A stretch of 30,584 nucleotides of DNA from Escherichia phage ESSI2_ev015: the sequence record NC_049395.1, one strand, 5' to 3'. Both the position numbers and the translations under genes were made by a program. Each line of letters starts with the position of its first letter. The first letter of the stretch is position 1. Below are positions 1-9,843 of the stretch, piece by piece. Under the pieces are notes generated by a model. It saw only the letters and a list, made by a program, of their open reading frames with translations. It was not told the origin of the DNA and made no database searches.

Positions 1-15
1 TAGACACGCGTAAGA

Positions 16-48
16 TCGTCGGCAGCGTCAGATGTGTATAAGAGACAG
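16..48 (+). other. Illumina Nextera/Tn5 read-1 adapter with 19-bp mosaic end (library artefact at contig start)
   Basis: Exact string TCGTCGGCAGCGTCAGATGTGTATAAGAGACAG read directly at 16-48; known synthetic adapter sequence. Bases 1-48 should not be treated as biological. Confidence 0.85.
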
Positions 49-200
49 GTAGCGCCGTTTTTGTCTGCGAAAGATTTATTTTGTCGGTGCATCGCTGCGC
101 CAGCGCAGCGCCATGCGCACGATCTTTTATGTGTGTTGCGTTGGGTTAATTTGTTGCCTGAAGTGCTGAGGGCGCGTTCTGCTGCGTATGAGGATGGGTA

Positions 201-224
201 TAAAAAAGCCCGCATTATGCGGGC
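201..224 (-). terminator. Rho-independent terminator ending the late (tail) operon
   Basis: Perfect 7-bp stem GCCCGCA/TGCGGGC with 3-nt loop at 208-224, followed on the - strand by a U-run (plus AAAAAA 202-207); lies just downstream of the stop of the 567-aa gene. Confidence 0.6.
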
Positions 225-236
225 GTATGGTCATGG

Positions 237-1940
237 TCAGGCAATTATATTCTGGTACTTGCTCCGGGTCTGCCCGGCTTTCGTCGCCGTCTGTGTAAAC
301 TCGGCGGCATTGGTTGGAGTCCCAACGGTGGGGTGTGAATGGTTCGCGCATTGCTGCGCCAGTTCTGCCAGTAAATCAATAGTGTCCAGCATCATGGTCA
401 GGGCGTTGATACTCTCGCTGCCAATATGGACAGTTGCCCCCATGACCTGCTGACCGCCAGCGGCCACTGATTTACGCAGTGCGGCAATCTTCTCTGTCAG
501 GCTTTCGCCAACCTCCACGGCTACAGCACCGCCCACTTTAGTGGACTGCTGTCCTGCTATGTCCGTTTCTTCGTTTCCTTCAATACTGGCCAGCCTGTTT
601 CCTTTCACCGCCTGGCTATAATCACCGGCGCTTACCTGCTGGATGGCTCCGGCCAGCAGTGTGGCGGTTCCCAGTACCGTGGTTTTATCCGTGGCTTTCA
701 CCGTGGTTTCACGGCTGACCAGTTCGCGCTGTTCCGTATCGGCTTTTACGGTTCGCGCCATCGATGTTTCGCTGATGGTCTGATCGGTCTGCCTTACCCA
801 GTCGCCCGCCTGAGTCACCCTCTGGGATACTTCTTCCCGCTGCTGCTGCAACTGTTCACCGGGTTTAACGTCCGGCAGACTGGTGCCATCCGGTAGCGTC
901 TGCCTGATAAAAGGTTTATCCGGTCTGCCTCCCGTGAATGCAACCTCAACCAGCGTCCCTTCTGGCGGAAACTGAAACATACCTGAATCATTCCCGGCCA
1001 TTGGTACCGGCAGCGGCACCGCTGAATAAACAGGCGTCTGATTGTCCGGGTTTCCGTCTGCGTCAAGCAGCTGCACGTCCACGGCGTAACGTGGCCGAAA
1101 GGGATCGGCAAAGTTACCGCTTTTTACCGGCTCTGAATGCGCCACGACTCTGGCCATCTTTGGCAAATGAAGCCCGGATGCCAGTTCCGGGTAATGGCTT
1201 TCAATCTGCCGTTGCGCCGGTGTTTTCTGCAAAGGTTTACCCGTTGCGCGGTTTCTCGGCGTCCATGTGATCGCCATCGTGTCATTAGTCAGGTGAACTT
1301 TAGTCACGCGTTCACCGTTCATCTCCACCCCTGGCCGCATAGTCTGGATCACTGGTAATGTCACAGAGTTACCGCCAGCAGCCCCCTGGCTGAACTCTGA
1401 CGGGATTTCTACGTGACGACCGGCAAACAATGACTTTTCTGCGCCGCCGACGTAAAGCGAACCATCAGGCAACTGGTACCAGATGTAATCCAGGATACTG
1501 AACGCCCTGCCCAGATTGTTCAGCAACTGATAACCAGTACCGTTATGGGTAAAATGTGGGATGGGGGTATCGCTGTACTGTGCATCAGGCACACTGACCG
1601 TGATCCCGCTGTTTTCTTCCAACCAGCCCGCAATTTCACGCAAAGTCGGGTGTTGAAACGAACATGGCCACATCCTTTCAAACACACCTACCAGCTCACG
1701 AATGAACAGACGCTGAAAACCGTTTTCTGCGGGCTGCGATCGCTCCACATACCCCGTAAACCAGCGCAAAAGCAGATCGGTATACCCCACATCCAGCCGC
1801 ACCAGTTTTCCGGTGTAATCGGTTGTTGTCTCTGCGGTGATGAAGCCCCGGCCGCAGCTGTTCAGCTCCAGTACCAGGCTGGCATCCACCAGGTGAACTT
1901 CATCCGTTGAAAGGTAAAGGCGTTTTACTGGTTTCATCAT
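237..1940 (-). CDS. Putative baseplate hub/central spike fusion (gpD+gpV-like, VgrG-like)
   Basis: 567 aa, last gene of late operon. Residues ~310-345 (MFQFPPEGTLVEVAFTGGRPDKPFI) resemble the gpV/gp5 OB-fold spike motif; helical C-terminal region ends in HSHPTVGTPTN (His-containing tip). Start ATG overlaps stop of upstream gene by 1 nt. Assignment by motif and position, not by search. Confidence 0.45.
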   Translation of the reverse strand: MMKPVKRLYLSTDEVHLVDASLVLELNSCGRGFITAETTTDYTGKLVRLDVGYTDLLLRWFTGYVERSQPAENGFQRLFIRELVGVFERMWPCSFQHPTLREIAGWLEENSGITVSVPDAQYSDTPIPHFTHNGTGYQLLNNLGRAFSILDYIWYQLPDGSLYVGGAEKSLFAGRHVEIPSEFSQGAAGGNSVTLPVIQTMRPGVEMNGERVTKVHLTNDTMAITWTPRNRATGKPLQKTPAQRQIESHYPELASGLHLPKMARVVAHSEPVKSGNFADPFRPRYAVDVQLLDADGNPDNQTPVYSAVPLPVPMAGNDSGMFQFPPEGTLVEVAFTGGRPDKPFIRQTLPDGTSLPDVKPGEQLQQQREEVSQRVTQAGDWVRQTDQTISETSMARTVKADTEQRELVSRETTVKATDKTTVLGTATLLAGAIQQVSAGDYSQAVKGNRLASIEGNEETDIAGQQSTKVGGAVAVEVGESLTEKIAALRKSVAAGGQQVMGATVHIGSESINALTMMLDTIDLLAELAQQCANHSHPTVGTPTNAAEFTQTATKAGQTRSKYQNIIA

Positions 1941-2485
1941 TAACCCAAAGCATCATTGACGGGCTTCAGCACTTTGCGTTCAAACCACGTCAGTTTTTCT
2001 TCATCTTCTCCGGCAGACTGGCCACCGGACTGTCCCACACTACCGGCAGTCTGTTTTTTTGCGGTCGTCTTACCTGTTGCCCTGGCCTCTCGCTTTTCCT
2101 GCACGCTGATATGTTCCGCCAGTGTGAATGTCACCAGCCAGGCCATTTTCCCGTCCTGCTGGGGTGCATCCAGCATTCCGCTGAACGTTGCTTCACGAAA
2201 ATTAACAGCACGGGCAACTTCATGCGCCACTCGGTACTTCTGACGATTACCACTGGCATCGGTAGCACTGGCCAGTTCAAAAATACGCTTCAGTATTTCA
2301 GGCTGTTTAAAAGGTATTTCACCGCTGATCCGCAGTTCCTTTCCCTTTGCTCCCTGCTCTGATTTTGTTGTGGCACTGGTCTGGCCGGACTGATCTTTAT
2401 CCTGAAATTGCTGTGAAACAGTCACCCGCATGTTTTTCAGCTGGATGGCTTCGCCATTAAGCGCCAGTGTCGGGATCGAAGTCAT
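1940..2485 (-). CDS. Uncharacterized late-operon protein (181 aa)
   Basis: ATG with AAGGGA Shine-Dalgarno upstream; overlaps upstream ORF by 29 nt and downstream gene by 1 nt (translationally coupled). No motif I can assign. Confidence 0.5.
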   Translation of the reverse strand: MTSIPTLALNGEAIQLKNMRVTVSQQFQDKDQSGQTSATTKSEQGAKGKELRISGEIPFKQPEILKRIFELASATDASGNRQKYRVAHEVARAVNFREATFSGMLDAPQQDGKMAWLVTFTLAEHISVQEKREARATGKTTAKKQTAGSVGQSGGQSAGEDEEKLTWFERKVLKPVNDALG

Positions 2486-3182
2486 GAATCATTCCCTTTA
2501 TTCCATCAAGATTATCGCCAACCAGCATCATGGCAGCTGTGTAAACGGCAGACTGCTGCGGAATGTCCTTCACCAGTTCCAGTAACGTGGTACCGGTGTC
2601 TCCGCTGGCAGTAAAAACCCACGCTCTGGCACTCTTCCCCTGTAAATCATTCAGGCCGCTGGCCACATCACTGATAAGCTGGTCACGCAGCTGCGTGAAC
2701 TCGCCCAGCTGTTTTTTCAGCCCTTCGATATCAAACCCGGCACCCGCCGCCTTTTGTGCCTGGCTGATTGCCGCAGCAGATAAAGCTGCCCTGCTGGTTG
2801 GTACAGACAGCGGAATGGACGCAGGTAACGCAGCGGCGGTTTTCGCAGGGATCTGCATCTTTTCAATAGCCAGCGCTGCGGCGGATTGCGCCAGCCGTTT
2901 GACCTGCATGAATGCCGGGGCGGGGAAAATCCCGACCAGGTTATTCAGGCTGGCCATAAAGTTTTCCTGCGTCTGTCCGGTGACCATCATAATCACCACA
3001 TCCGCATTCCCCCCTGTTCCGGCCAGGCGTTCAGCAAGATAGCGAACGGCATTAACCGGGCTGAGATATGCCCCGTTCGCTGTCTGCTGTCCCAGCCCAT
3101 AAATCCACGGATGCGCAGGGACGATCGAACAGTTCAGCGCAGCAACAGAATCCGTGAAGGCCAGACGTGCTTCACGCCACAT
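2457..3182 (-). CDS. Uncharacterized late-operon protein (~241 aa)
   Basis: Track ORF 2457-3218; internal ATG at 3182 (MWREARL...) preferred because it has a GGAGG Shine-Dalgarno and overlaps the tail-fibre-assembly stop by only ~11 nt. No recognisable motif. Confidence 0.45.
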   Translation of the reverse strand: MWREARLAFTDSVAALNCSIVPAHPWIYGLGQQTANGAYLSPVNAVRYLAERLAGTGGNADVVIMMVTGQTQENFMASLNNLVGIFPAPAFMQVKRLAQSAAALAIEKMQIPAKTAAALPASIPLSVPTSRAALSAAAISQAQKAAGAGFDIEGLKKQLGEFTQLRDQLISDVASGLNDLQGKSARAWVFTASGDTGTTLLELVKDIPQQSAVYTAAMMLVGDNLDGIKGMIHDFDPDTGA

Positions 3183-3759
3183 TTCCGGGCACCTCCGGCC
3201 ACACAATTTCCGGCGCATCTTCCGGTTGAATACGGTTCAGTAAAACGCGGTATTTTTTCCATGCGGTAAGCAGCAGTGCTTCTTCTTCGGTCGCCATGTC
3301 TAAATCAACGGCATCCTGCAATGTGGCAATAGCGTCATTGGCCTGTTTAAGCAGTCTTTTCTTTTCGGCGTCTGCCTCGCTGACTAATGCAATTCGCATG
3401 GCCTCCGCATCATCCACCCACGCCTTACCATTCCATTTTTGCCAGGCATTAGCCGGTGCTAACGTGGTTGTCCCTTCCGGGTAAGCGCCTGGCTCGGTGA
3501 TCACCAGTTCATTACCGTTTTCTGTATCAAACACCACCTCACCACGATGATCCTCACGGGAAATCCATCTTTGCTTCTCTGAATCAAAAATTGCCACAAA
3601 CCCCGCTTTGTTTACCGGTGGTTTTATTGTGGTGCAGTTGGCTGGCAGTCCGGTATGCGCAGGTATAAAAGCGTCACCCGAACCAATAAATTCATTCGTG
3701 TCTGAACGCAGGTTATAAACAGTAACTGTTTGATCGGTTTCACTCATTTTAAAAGTCAT
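3172..3759 (-). CDS. Tail fibre assembly chaperone (Tfa/gpG-like)
   Basis: 195 aa directly after the tail fibre gene with TAATG stop/start overlap; size, position and C-terminal region typical of tail fibre assembly proteins. Confidence 0.65.
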   Translation of the reverse strand: MTFKMSETDQTVTVYNLRSDTNEFIGSGDAFIPAHTGLPANCTTIKPPVNKAGFVAIFDSEKQRWISREDHRGEVVFDTENGNELVITEPGAYPEGTTTLAPANAWQKWNGKAWVDDAEAMRIALVSEADAEKKRLLKQANDAIATLQDAVDLDMATEEEALLLTAWKKYRVLLNRIQPEDAPEIVWPEVPGNVA

Positions 3760-5333
3760 TATGCGAGTCTCACTATGTAGTTAAATGCAATGTTCTTAAC
3801 GGTCGTTTCTGCGTTGCCCGACGCGGCAATGGTTATTACATGACTGTGTTCACCTATTGCTACAGTATGAGAATGAGCACCAATACCTACGGTATGATTG
3901 TGTGCGCCAATACCTACTGTATGAGCATGGTTGCCAGCCGACCCCGTATTACCAGTTGTTACGTTATCGCCGCCCTGACCTCTATTGATATCCCCGTTTT
4001 GAGTGGCCTGCCCCTTAACATATGTATGTGTATGCGCACCAGTCGTATTCGTTGTTTTGGTTCCGTAGTCAAATGTACTGGTGGTTTTAGTACCGTAATC
4101 AAATGATGATGTTGCTTTTGTCCCCAAATCCGTACTGGATGCACTGGCGGTGTGGGCATGGGATTTATTGCCATCATCTTCATAGGAGAGAACTGCGCGG
4201 CCGTCTGGTTTCCCTTTGATTGTCTGGCGGCGCATGTCAGTAATAACACCCGATGGATACGCAGCAGCTAGCAAAGGATATGCCGCCGTATTAAAAGACT
4301 GCCCCTGCATAATTGCCCATCCAGTAGGTGGGATATCTGTTGGCCATGGAAGCGGCACACCAACCGGCAGAACGTCACTGCGACTTAAAACGGCCAGTTC
4401 ACCCAGATCCAGACTTTTTCTTGCTTTTACCTTATCGTTAACATCAGCAAGGTTTGCATCCTTACGCAAAAAATCGCTGCTGGCCTGCTGTTCTCCCAGG
4501 CTACCTTTTGGCCGTAAATCCGTGATGTTGCCATCCACATCAATGCTGGCCACAGCAAACACATAATGCTGAACTCCGTTCTGAACGTAATCAGCAAGGT
4601 TTGCAGCCACCGTGATTTTGCTCTGCACATTCCAGACACTGATCAGCGTCCCTGTCCAGCACACATCCAGCCAGACTTTTACCGGCTTTGTCGTCACCGT
4701 AATATTCTGATTCGCAGCCAGTGACGCACGAAGTCCAGCCACATACCCCGTGCCTTTCGTGACAAAAAACTGATTGCCGGTTTTGGCTACCAGATACCCG
4801 TTACCAAAAAACGCCGCCGCGCCATAAATATCTATATTTTCCAGGCGCTGGCGCTCATCCATTCCGGCCATACGCGCAGTAAAATCAATCTGCCAGGTTT
4901 CAGCGGGTGTATTAATCCCGGTTTCCGTTTGTGCGCCGTTGTACTCCATCAGAAACGAGCGGGTCAGCACGTTCCCCTGTTGCCCTTCTTTTGTTTTCAG
5001 TTTCTGCTGTGATGGTGCATGGACAATCATTGCCAGCGTACCGCTGGCCTTATTTAGCAGACCGATCCAGTTAAAGCTGAAATCACCCACATCTGCGCCC
5101 AGTACTACGGAATAGACCACCCCGTTTTCATTCACCACACCCGTGCGGGTAACAGACTGCCGGTGAACAATCTGTGCTGTCGGGGGCAACGCTTCATTGC
5201 GGTCAACAGGTGTATCCGGGTTTAAATTCGGCACACTGGCAAAAACAAATTCGTCCAGTAGTACCGGTTCACCCGTTGCACCCTGCTGTGCTTTCCAGTT
5301 TTCAAACGCCAGTGTGATGGCTGTCTGTGACAT
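3759..5333 (-). CDS. Tail fibre protein
   Basis: 524 aa; C-terminal tandem peptide repeats ([15 protein letters not shown] x3; [14 protein letters not shown] x3) rich in His/Gly/Thr, typical of phage tail fibre distal regions; follows baseplate genes. Confidence 0.75.
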   Translation of the reverse strand: MSQTAITLAFENWKAQQGATGEPVLLDEFVFASVPNLNPDTPVDRNEALPPTAQIVHRQSVTRTGVVNENGVVYSVVLGADVGDFSFNWIGLLNKASGTLAMIVHAPSQQKLKTKEGQQGNVLTRSFLMEYNGAQTETGINTPAETWQIDFTARMAGMDERQRLENIDIYGAAAFFGNGYLVAKTGNQFFVTKGTGYVAGLRASLAANQNITVTTKPVKVWLDVCWTGTLISVWNVQSKITVAANLADYVQNGVQHYVFAVASIDVDGNITDLRPKGSLGEQQASSDFLRKDANLADVNDKVKARKSLDLGELAVLSRSDVLPVGVPLPWPTDIPPTGWAIMQGQSFNTAAYPLLAAAYPSGVITDMRRQTIKGKPDGRAVLSYEDDGNKSHAHTASASSTDLGTKATSSFDYGTKTTSTFDYGTKTTNTTGAHTHTYVKGQATQNGDINRGQGGDNVTTGNTGSAGNHAHTVGIGAHNHTVGIGAHSHTVAIGEHSHVITIAASGNAETTVKNIAFNYIVRLA

Positions 5334-5343
5334 AAAAACCTCC

Positions 5344-5931
5344 TTACAAACTCGCGCTGAATGTTGCGCTGCGGGCTTCCGTCCCTGCTAACGTCGCCGG
5401 GTAAACCACATATTCCCCCTGATCCCACCCAGCCCTGATAACCAGGCTTTCAGACGTGATCACCTCAAACTGATAACGGCGGCATGTTCGCCCGTACTGG
5501 CGGATTATCTGGATCAGCAACTGCGTGTTGTCTGCAATCTGGCTGTCTGTAACCCGAACCAGAATCACATCCCAGTCGATACCCGGTTGCCGTTCTAACA
5601 GCTCCACATAACCAATCCCCAGCCGTTCAAAGATATTGATAAACCCCTCTACTGAACCGGCATCCCGCGCATTCACAAAGGCAAAAGCCACGCGTTTGCG
5701 GAACAGGGTCAACGGTTCACCATCAAAGCGGGTGATATCCCGGTCATAAGCCAGCAGGTTCAGTAATGCCGGTGTACACGTCAGCGGATCAAACTGATTC
5801 ATTGGCCAGGTAACCCAGCCGTAAACCTCAGCCCAGAACCGCCGCGCCGTTTTCAGCAATTTCCCCGGTTCGCCTTTATTCATCCAGGAAGGCAAGACCA
5901 TCCCGGCCAGCTTTTTCATGAACTCATTCAT
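5344..5931 (-). CDS. Baseplate/tail protein (gpI / Mu gp48-like)
   Basis: Track ORF begins with TTG at 5937; nearest ATG at 5931 (MNEFMKK...) chosen; sits between the J-like gene and the tail fibre. Family assignment by position only. Confidence 0.45.
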   Translation of the reverse strand: MNEFMKKLAGMVLPSWMNKGEPGKLLKTARRFWAEVYGWVTWPMNQFDPLTCTPALLNLLAYDRDITRFDGEPLTLFRKRVAFAFVNARDAGSVEGFINIFERLGIGYVELLERQPGIDWDVILVRVTDSQIADNTQLLIQIIRQYGRTCRRYQFEVITSESLVIRAGWDQGEYVVYPATLAGTEARSATFSASL

Positions 5932-7108
5932 TCTCAATATTCACCGTCAGTGATTTCAGACGCGGCACGCTCAGTTCGCTGGTAATGTCTCCCAACGAAA
6001 ATGTCAGTGATTCCGTCTGCGCAAAGGTTTTATGAATTTCCCGCCCCAGTTGCGAAAAGGAAAACCGCGAATATGGCCATGTCTTTCTGACGTCATAATC
6101 AGCATTTTCACGAAAGGCACAGCGGATCATGTTTTCAATGCCGCCCTTCAGCGTTTTCACTTCTTCATCACTGAAGTTGTTCAGATTTTTGACATAAACC
6201 GTGACGACCAGATCGTGAAGCGTTTCCGGCATGGGATAGCACTGCATATCATCACCATGCCCGTGGTGTCCCTGCGTGTTGATATAGTCATTCACCGCAT
6301 CCACGAACGGCGCTGATGCCACACCACTGTCCAGTAATAAAAAGGCGTTGGCTGTTCCTGGCCCCCTCGGTGCTTCATGCTCAAAGAAAATCCGATCGAT
6401 ACTCAACCCGGCAACACTGGCGATCATTGAGCGATAAACCGCATCAGTGTGGTAATTCCCCACCAGATTGAACTGATTGCGGCAACGCTCGCGCAGTTCA
6501 TCATCACTTTCCTCGTCAGCCCCCGGCACGGTCAGCCAGTTTTCCTCACTGGCTACATGGCTGATACCGCTGACCGCCACCGGCAGAATGCGGTAATATC
6601 CGGGCGCAAGGTTATACGCGCCCCCGGTGCCGGTGGCTTTCACTGGCAGTAATGCGCTGGCCGCACCGGAAGCGATCACCACATCCTCAGTGGTGGCCAG
6701 CTCATACACTCGCCCGTTAATGCGTTCTGTCTGGATAATCGTCCCGGCTTTGACCGTCACAACGGCCTTTGCATCTTCTTTGAAGAAGCGGATCATCCCC
6801 TGTGCAGCGCTCGCCGGTTTTGCCGTGACGTTCACCGCCCAGGCCAGCAGACGCAACATGCTCCCGCTGGCTGTGGCCACAAACATATTGGCCAGCACGG
6901 TTAACACCAGAACGTCTTTAAGCCACATCACCGGGGCGGTCACAATGGCGGTGATTAATCGCCAGAACGGTGACATTCGGGATGTATTGGTGATAATTCC
7001 CTCATCTGCTGCAATCGCATTGAAGCGTTCCCGCACTTCGGCTTCCGTTACCGGCATACCGCTATCTTTCACCACTTCTTCAAAATCAACCTGCGGTTTT
7101 TCCGTCAT
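5924..7108 (-). CDS. Baseplate J-like protein (gpJ / Mu gp47-like)
   Basis: Track start is GTG; ATG at 7108 (MTEKPQVDFEEV...) has AGGTGGA Shine-Dalgarno and an ATGA overlap with the upstream stop. ~394 aa, position and size fit baseplate wedge J. Confidence 0.55.
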   Translation of the reverse strand: MTEKPQVDFEEVVKDSGMPVTEAEVRERFNAIAADEGIITNTSRMSPFWRLITAIVTAPVMWLKDVLVLTVLANMFVATASGSMLRLLAWAVNVTAKPASAAQGMIRFFKEDAKAVVTVKAGTIIQTERINGRVYELATTEDVVIASGAASALLPVKATGTGGAYNLAPGYYRILPVAVSGISHVASEENWLTVPGADEESDDELRERCRNQFNLVGNYHTDAVYRSMIASVAGLSIDRIFFEHEAPRGPGTANAFLLLDSGVASAPFVDAVNDYINTQGHHGHGDDMQCYPMPETLHDLVVTVYVKNLNNFSDEEVKTLKGGIENMIRCAFRENADYDVRKTWPYSRFSFSQLGREIHKTFAQTESLTFSLGDITSELSVPRLKSLTVNIENE

Positions 7109-7434
7109 AAATCCACCTGCGCAGAGATCCCGCCAAAATCGTATGTACTCGCGGTTACCCACAGCCGCTTCTGACTTTCTTCACTGATTTCCACCGTACC
7201 CGGCACAATGCGTTCATCATCTTCAATCAGTAATTCCATGCGGGTAAAAATATCCGCTCTCATTGTCGGGCTACGTTCGGCAATTAATTCCGTCGCTAAC
7301 CCACTTTCAATAATGGAATGAATAATGTCCTGCCCGATACTTTTTCGGTTATTACATAATTCAGGTTCATTACCGGTATTCAGAACAAAGTCACCGCCCT
7401 GAATCAGCAAATCGATATAAAGAACATCACTCAT
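7105..7434 (-). CDS. Small baseplate protein (gpW / gp25 / Mu gp46-like)
   Basis: ~109 aa; ATG at 7434 overlaps tape-measure stop (ATGA) with AGGAG upstream; immediately precedes the J-like gene as in P2 W-J. Confidence 0.45.
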   Translation of the reverse strand: MSDVLYIDLLIQGGDFVLNTGNEPELCNNRKSIGQDIIHSIIESGLATELIAERSPTMRADIFTRMELLIEDDERIVPGTVEISEESQKRLWVTASTYDFGGISAQVDL

Positions 7435-9398
7435 GCGCCAAGCTCCTGCCATTCCATAAGCTGGGATGGAGAAAGTGCTTCTTTGGTATGGAAATGCACT
7501 TCACCAATTTTCCGGCTGTTATCGGTTACGGATTTACTGTTGCTGCTGATTGTTTTGCTGATACCACCTTTATCCACACCTTTTAAATCACCACCCGTTG
7601 ACAGTGTATTTCCGGTTAATGGCTGCGTGGTTTCACTGGCCAGTGAAATATCCACGCCGGGAATTTTATTCAGTTTCTGAACAATCCAGTTCCACGACTT
7701 AAGAAATCCCCCTTTGATTGACTTCCAGACATTATCAAACAGCGACATAATGCCGGTGGCCATTCCCTTTAGCGCCTCAGACGGTGAAAATCCTGTCAGC
7801 AAAGAAATAAAGCTGTTCCATCCTTCACTGATATATTGCCAGGCTGAAGCAAAGATCCCCGCCAGCCATTTCACCACGGCGGCACATGTCTGGAAGGCTT
7901 CGGTATTCACCACCGCTGTTTTTATCGTGTCCCAGTGCTTAACCAGCAGATAACAACCGGCAACCAGCAGTGCAATGGCACCAATCACAAGCAGGATCGG
8001 CCAGCTCATCAGGTTGATACCAATTCCGGCCATTATTGCGGCCATGCGTACCGCCAGTAACGCACCGCGCAAGAACTTCAGCGTGGTATTCCAGGCGATT
8101 ACCGCTATTTGTGCCAGCCAGACAGTGGCCGTGTAGATTTTAGTAACCGCCGTTAACGCCACCCAGACCCCGCGCAATCCCATCATGATGAATCTGGATA
8201 CCCCCATCACGATATTGGCCACCGCACCCACGGCGGCAAAGCTCAGTAATGCCATCGACGCATAACCAATCACACGGGCAATGTTAGGAAATAACTGCAT
8301 CCAGCGGGCAAAGGTCTGCCCCATATCAGCCAGGCGATTCAGAACCGGATACAGCACCGGGATCAACGTCAGTCCGATCACGGTTTGAATGGCTTTCAGA
8401 ATTTGCACAAAGCGATCCCACGGCTTAACCATTTTTTGTGCCATTTCCTGGGTACGCTTCAGGCCGTCCGCGCCGCCCAGTTCGGTGATGTTCCGCTGAA
8501 GTAACGCGACATTGCCGTAAAGATGTTTAACCACTGCCGAACTGTCACCAAAGGCTGCATCCAGCTCCGCCTGGGCTTTCAGGTTCCCTTCAAGGCTTTT
8601 GCCATATTTGCCCTGCAACTTGATCAGCATTTCAGGCATGGACAGCATTTTGCCGGTAGAGTCAGTAAAGGACAGCCCCAGCTTTTTAGCGCCATCAATC
8701 GCACCGGTCATAAACCCTTCATAGGCGCTGCTGGCTTCCGTTCCCAGCGTCCGCTGAAGTTGCCCCAGCACGGCCAGCTGTTCATCCAGCCCCACGCCGT
8801 AGTTAGTCCCGACACCGCGCGCACCTTCCATCAAATCCTTGATAGTGGCCATTTCTGTGCCAAAGGTTTTGCGCATATAAACCATCTTGCCCGCCAGCTG
8901 TTCGGCAAATTCAACCTTACCCAGTCTGGCCGCATCGGCGGAAAAGTTACCGAACATCTGCCCCATAAATTCCGCCGTGTCCGCCGCAGTGGACTTGAGC
9001 GCAAACGCCAGGGTATTGGCGACTTTCGTCACCTTCGGCAGCTCATTACCCGTCAGTCCGGCAATGGAAGCGTTAATATTTTCCGTGGATCTAACGAACT
9101 CCACCGCGCTTGCGCCATAGGTTGTACTGAAACGCAGGGCATCACGCTGAACTGTCTTAAGCGCGGAATCATCGATCCCTTTTGCGGCGGCATCATTCAG
9201 CGCGTCATACATTTCAATTGCCGGTGATAACGCGCCTTTGATCGCCATCCCGACACCGGCCAGCGCCACCGCGCCGCCGCCAATCTGCATAAAGGCCGCT
9301 TTTGATTTTTCCGCAAAGCCGGTGACGTTACCCTGCGCCTGTTTTAACGGGCGGGATAATTTATCAATCAGGCTTAATGTAAAATCTAATTGTTTCAT
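7431..9398 (-). CDS. Tail tape measure protein
   Basis: 655 aa, Ala/Gly-rich helical N-terminal half plus hydrophobic segments (e.g. LLSFAAVGAVANIVMGV); lies directly downstream of the frameshifting chaperone pair. Confidence 0.8.
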   Translation of the reverse strand: MKQLDFTLSLIDKLSRPLKQAQGNVTGFAEKSKAAFMQIGGGAVALAGVGMAIKGALSPAIEMYDALNDAAAKGIDDSALKTVQRDALRFSTTYGASAVEFVRSTENINASIAGLTGNELPKVTKVANTLAFALKSTAADTAEFMGQMFGNFSADAARLGKVEFAEQLAGKMVYMRKTFGTEMATIKDLMEGARGVGTNYGVGLDEQLAVLGQLQRTLGTEASSAYEGFMTGAIDGAKKLGLSFTDSTGKMLSMPEMLIKLQGKYGKSLEGNLKAQAELDAAFGDSSAVVKHLYGNVALLQRNITELGGADGLKRTQEMAQKMVKPWDRFVQILKAIQTVIGLTLIPVLYPVLNRLADMGQTFARWMQLFPNIARVIGYASMALLSFAAVGAVANIVMGVSRFIMMGLRGVWVALTAVTKIYTATVWLAQIAVIAWNTTLKFLRGALLAVRMAAIMAGIGINLMSWPILLVIGAIALLVAGCYLLVKHWDTIKTAVVNTEAFQTCAAVVKWLAGIFASAWQYISEGWNSFISLLTGFSPSEALKGMATGIMSLFDNVWKSIKGGFLKSWNWIVQKLNKIPGVDISLASETTQPLTGNTLSTGGDLKGVDKGGISKTISSNSKSVTDNSRKIGEVHFHTKEALSPSQLMEWQELGA

Positions 9399-9843
9399 TC
9401 AGTGCCTTTAAATGCTTTTGCCACACCATTGGCCACGGCGATCCCCGTATATTCCCAGTGCCGATTATCCAGCCATATAGCGGCTGCAATATCGTCAACA
9501 GAGTCCTGACCATGCGGTAAATAATGACGGCGTAGAATTAAATATTGTTCGAGTCCATTTCTTTCAATTTCATGGACTCGCTTTGTCAGTTTTTTACTTC
9601 AATTTCCAGTTCTGGCGCATAAATATCATTTACTTTGCCAACCAGTTGAAGTGCAGCACCCGGACGCTTTAATACTTCGGCCAGTGCTTCTTTACTTTCC
9701 GTTGCCACAATTCGCGTCAGATAGTTATGTGCAGGGGCAACTTTATTATCCATTGCCATTTCATTAATAAATTTGTTGTAGGCGGTCTGATTTGGCTCAA
9801 AAACAATATCAACACCACAAACACACAGTTTAATTTGTTCCAT
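9395..9843 (-). CDS. Tail assembly chaperone, -1 frameshift extended form (P2 gpE+E'-like)
   Basis: Slippery A_AAA_AAC at 9589-9595 (- strand) at the end of the short ORF; the -1 frame is open for 64 further codons (LTKRVHEIERNGLEQYLILRRHYLPHGQDS...KAFKGTE) and stops at a TGA overlapping the tape-measure ATG. Read codon by codon. Confidence 0.6.
9586..9843 (-). CDS. Tail assembly chaperone, short form (P2 gpE-like)
   Basis: 85 aa (track start is GTG at 9846; ATG at 9843); ends at a slippery heptamer immediately upstream of the tape measure gene. Confidence 0.65.
   Translation of the reverse strand: MEQIKLCVCGVDIVFEPNQTAYNKFINEMAMDNKVAPAHNYLTRIVATESKEALAEVLKRPGAALQLVGKVNDIYAPELEIEVKN

Noticed and set aside
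34-453. 139-aa + strand ORF at the contig start (also 127-351 on the - strand)
   Set aside because: Begins inside adapter-derived sequence and lies antisense to the terminator and the 3' end of the 567-aa gene; no ribosome-binding site; most likely a chance ORF in GC-rich DNA.
3296-3484. Possible invertible tail-fibre segment as in Mu or P1
   Set aside because: No invertase gene and no inverted repeats flank the fibre or assembly genes; the small + strand ORF here is antisense to the assembly chaperone gene.
8523-9227. 234-aa + strand ORF inside the tape measure gene (similar antisense ORFs at 938-1270, 1545-1910, 6627-7187, 11642-12163, 15073-15639, 15718-16203, 18106-18966)
   Set aside because: All lie antisense to long, well-supported phage genes in GC-rich DNA, with Arg/His-rich low-complexity translations and no start signals; treated as shadow ORFs.
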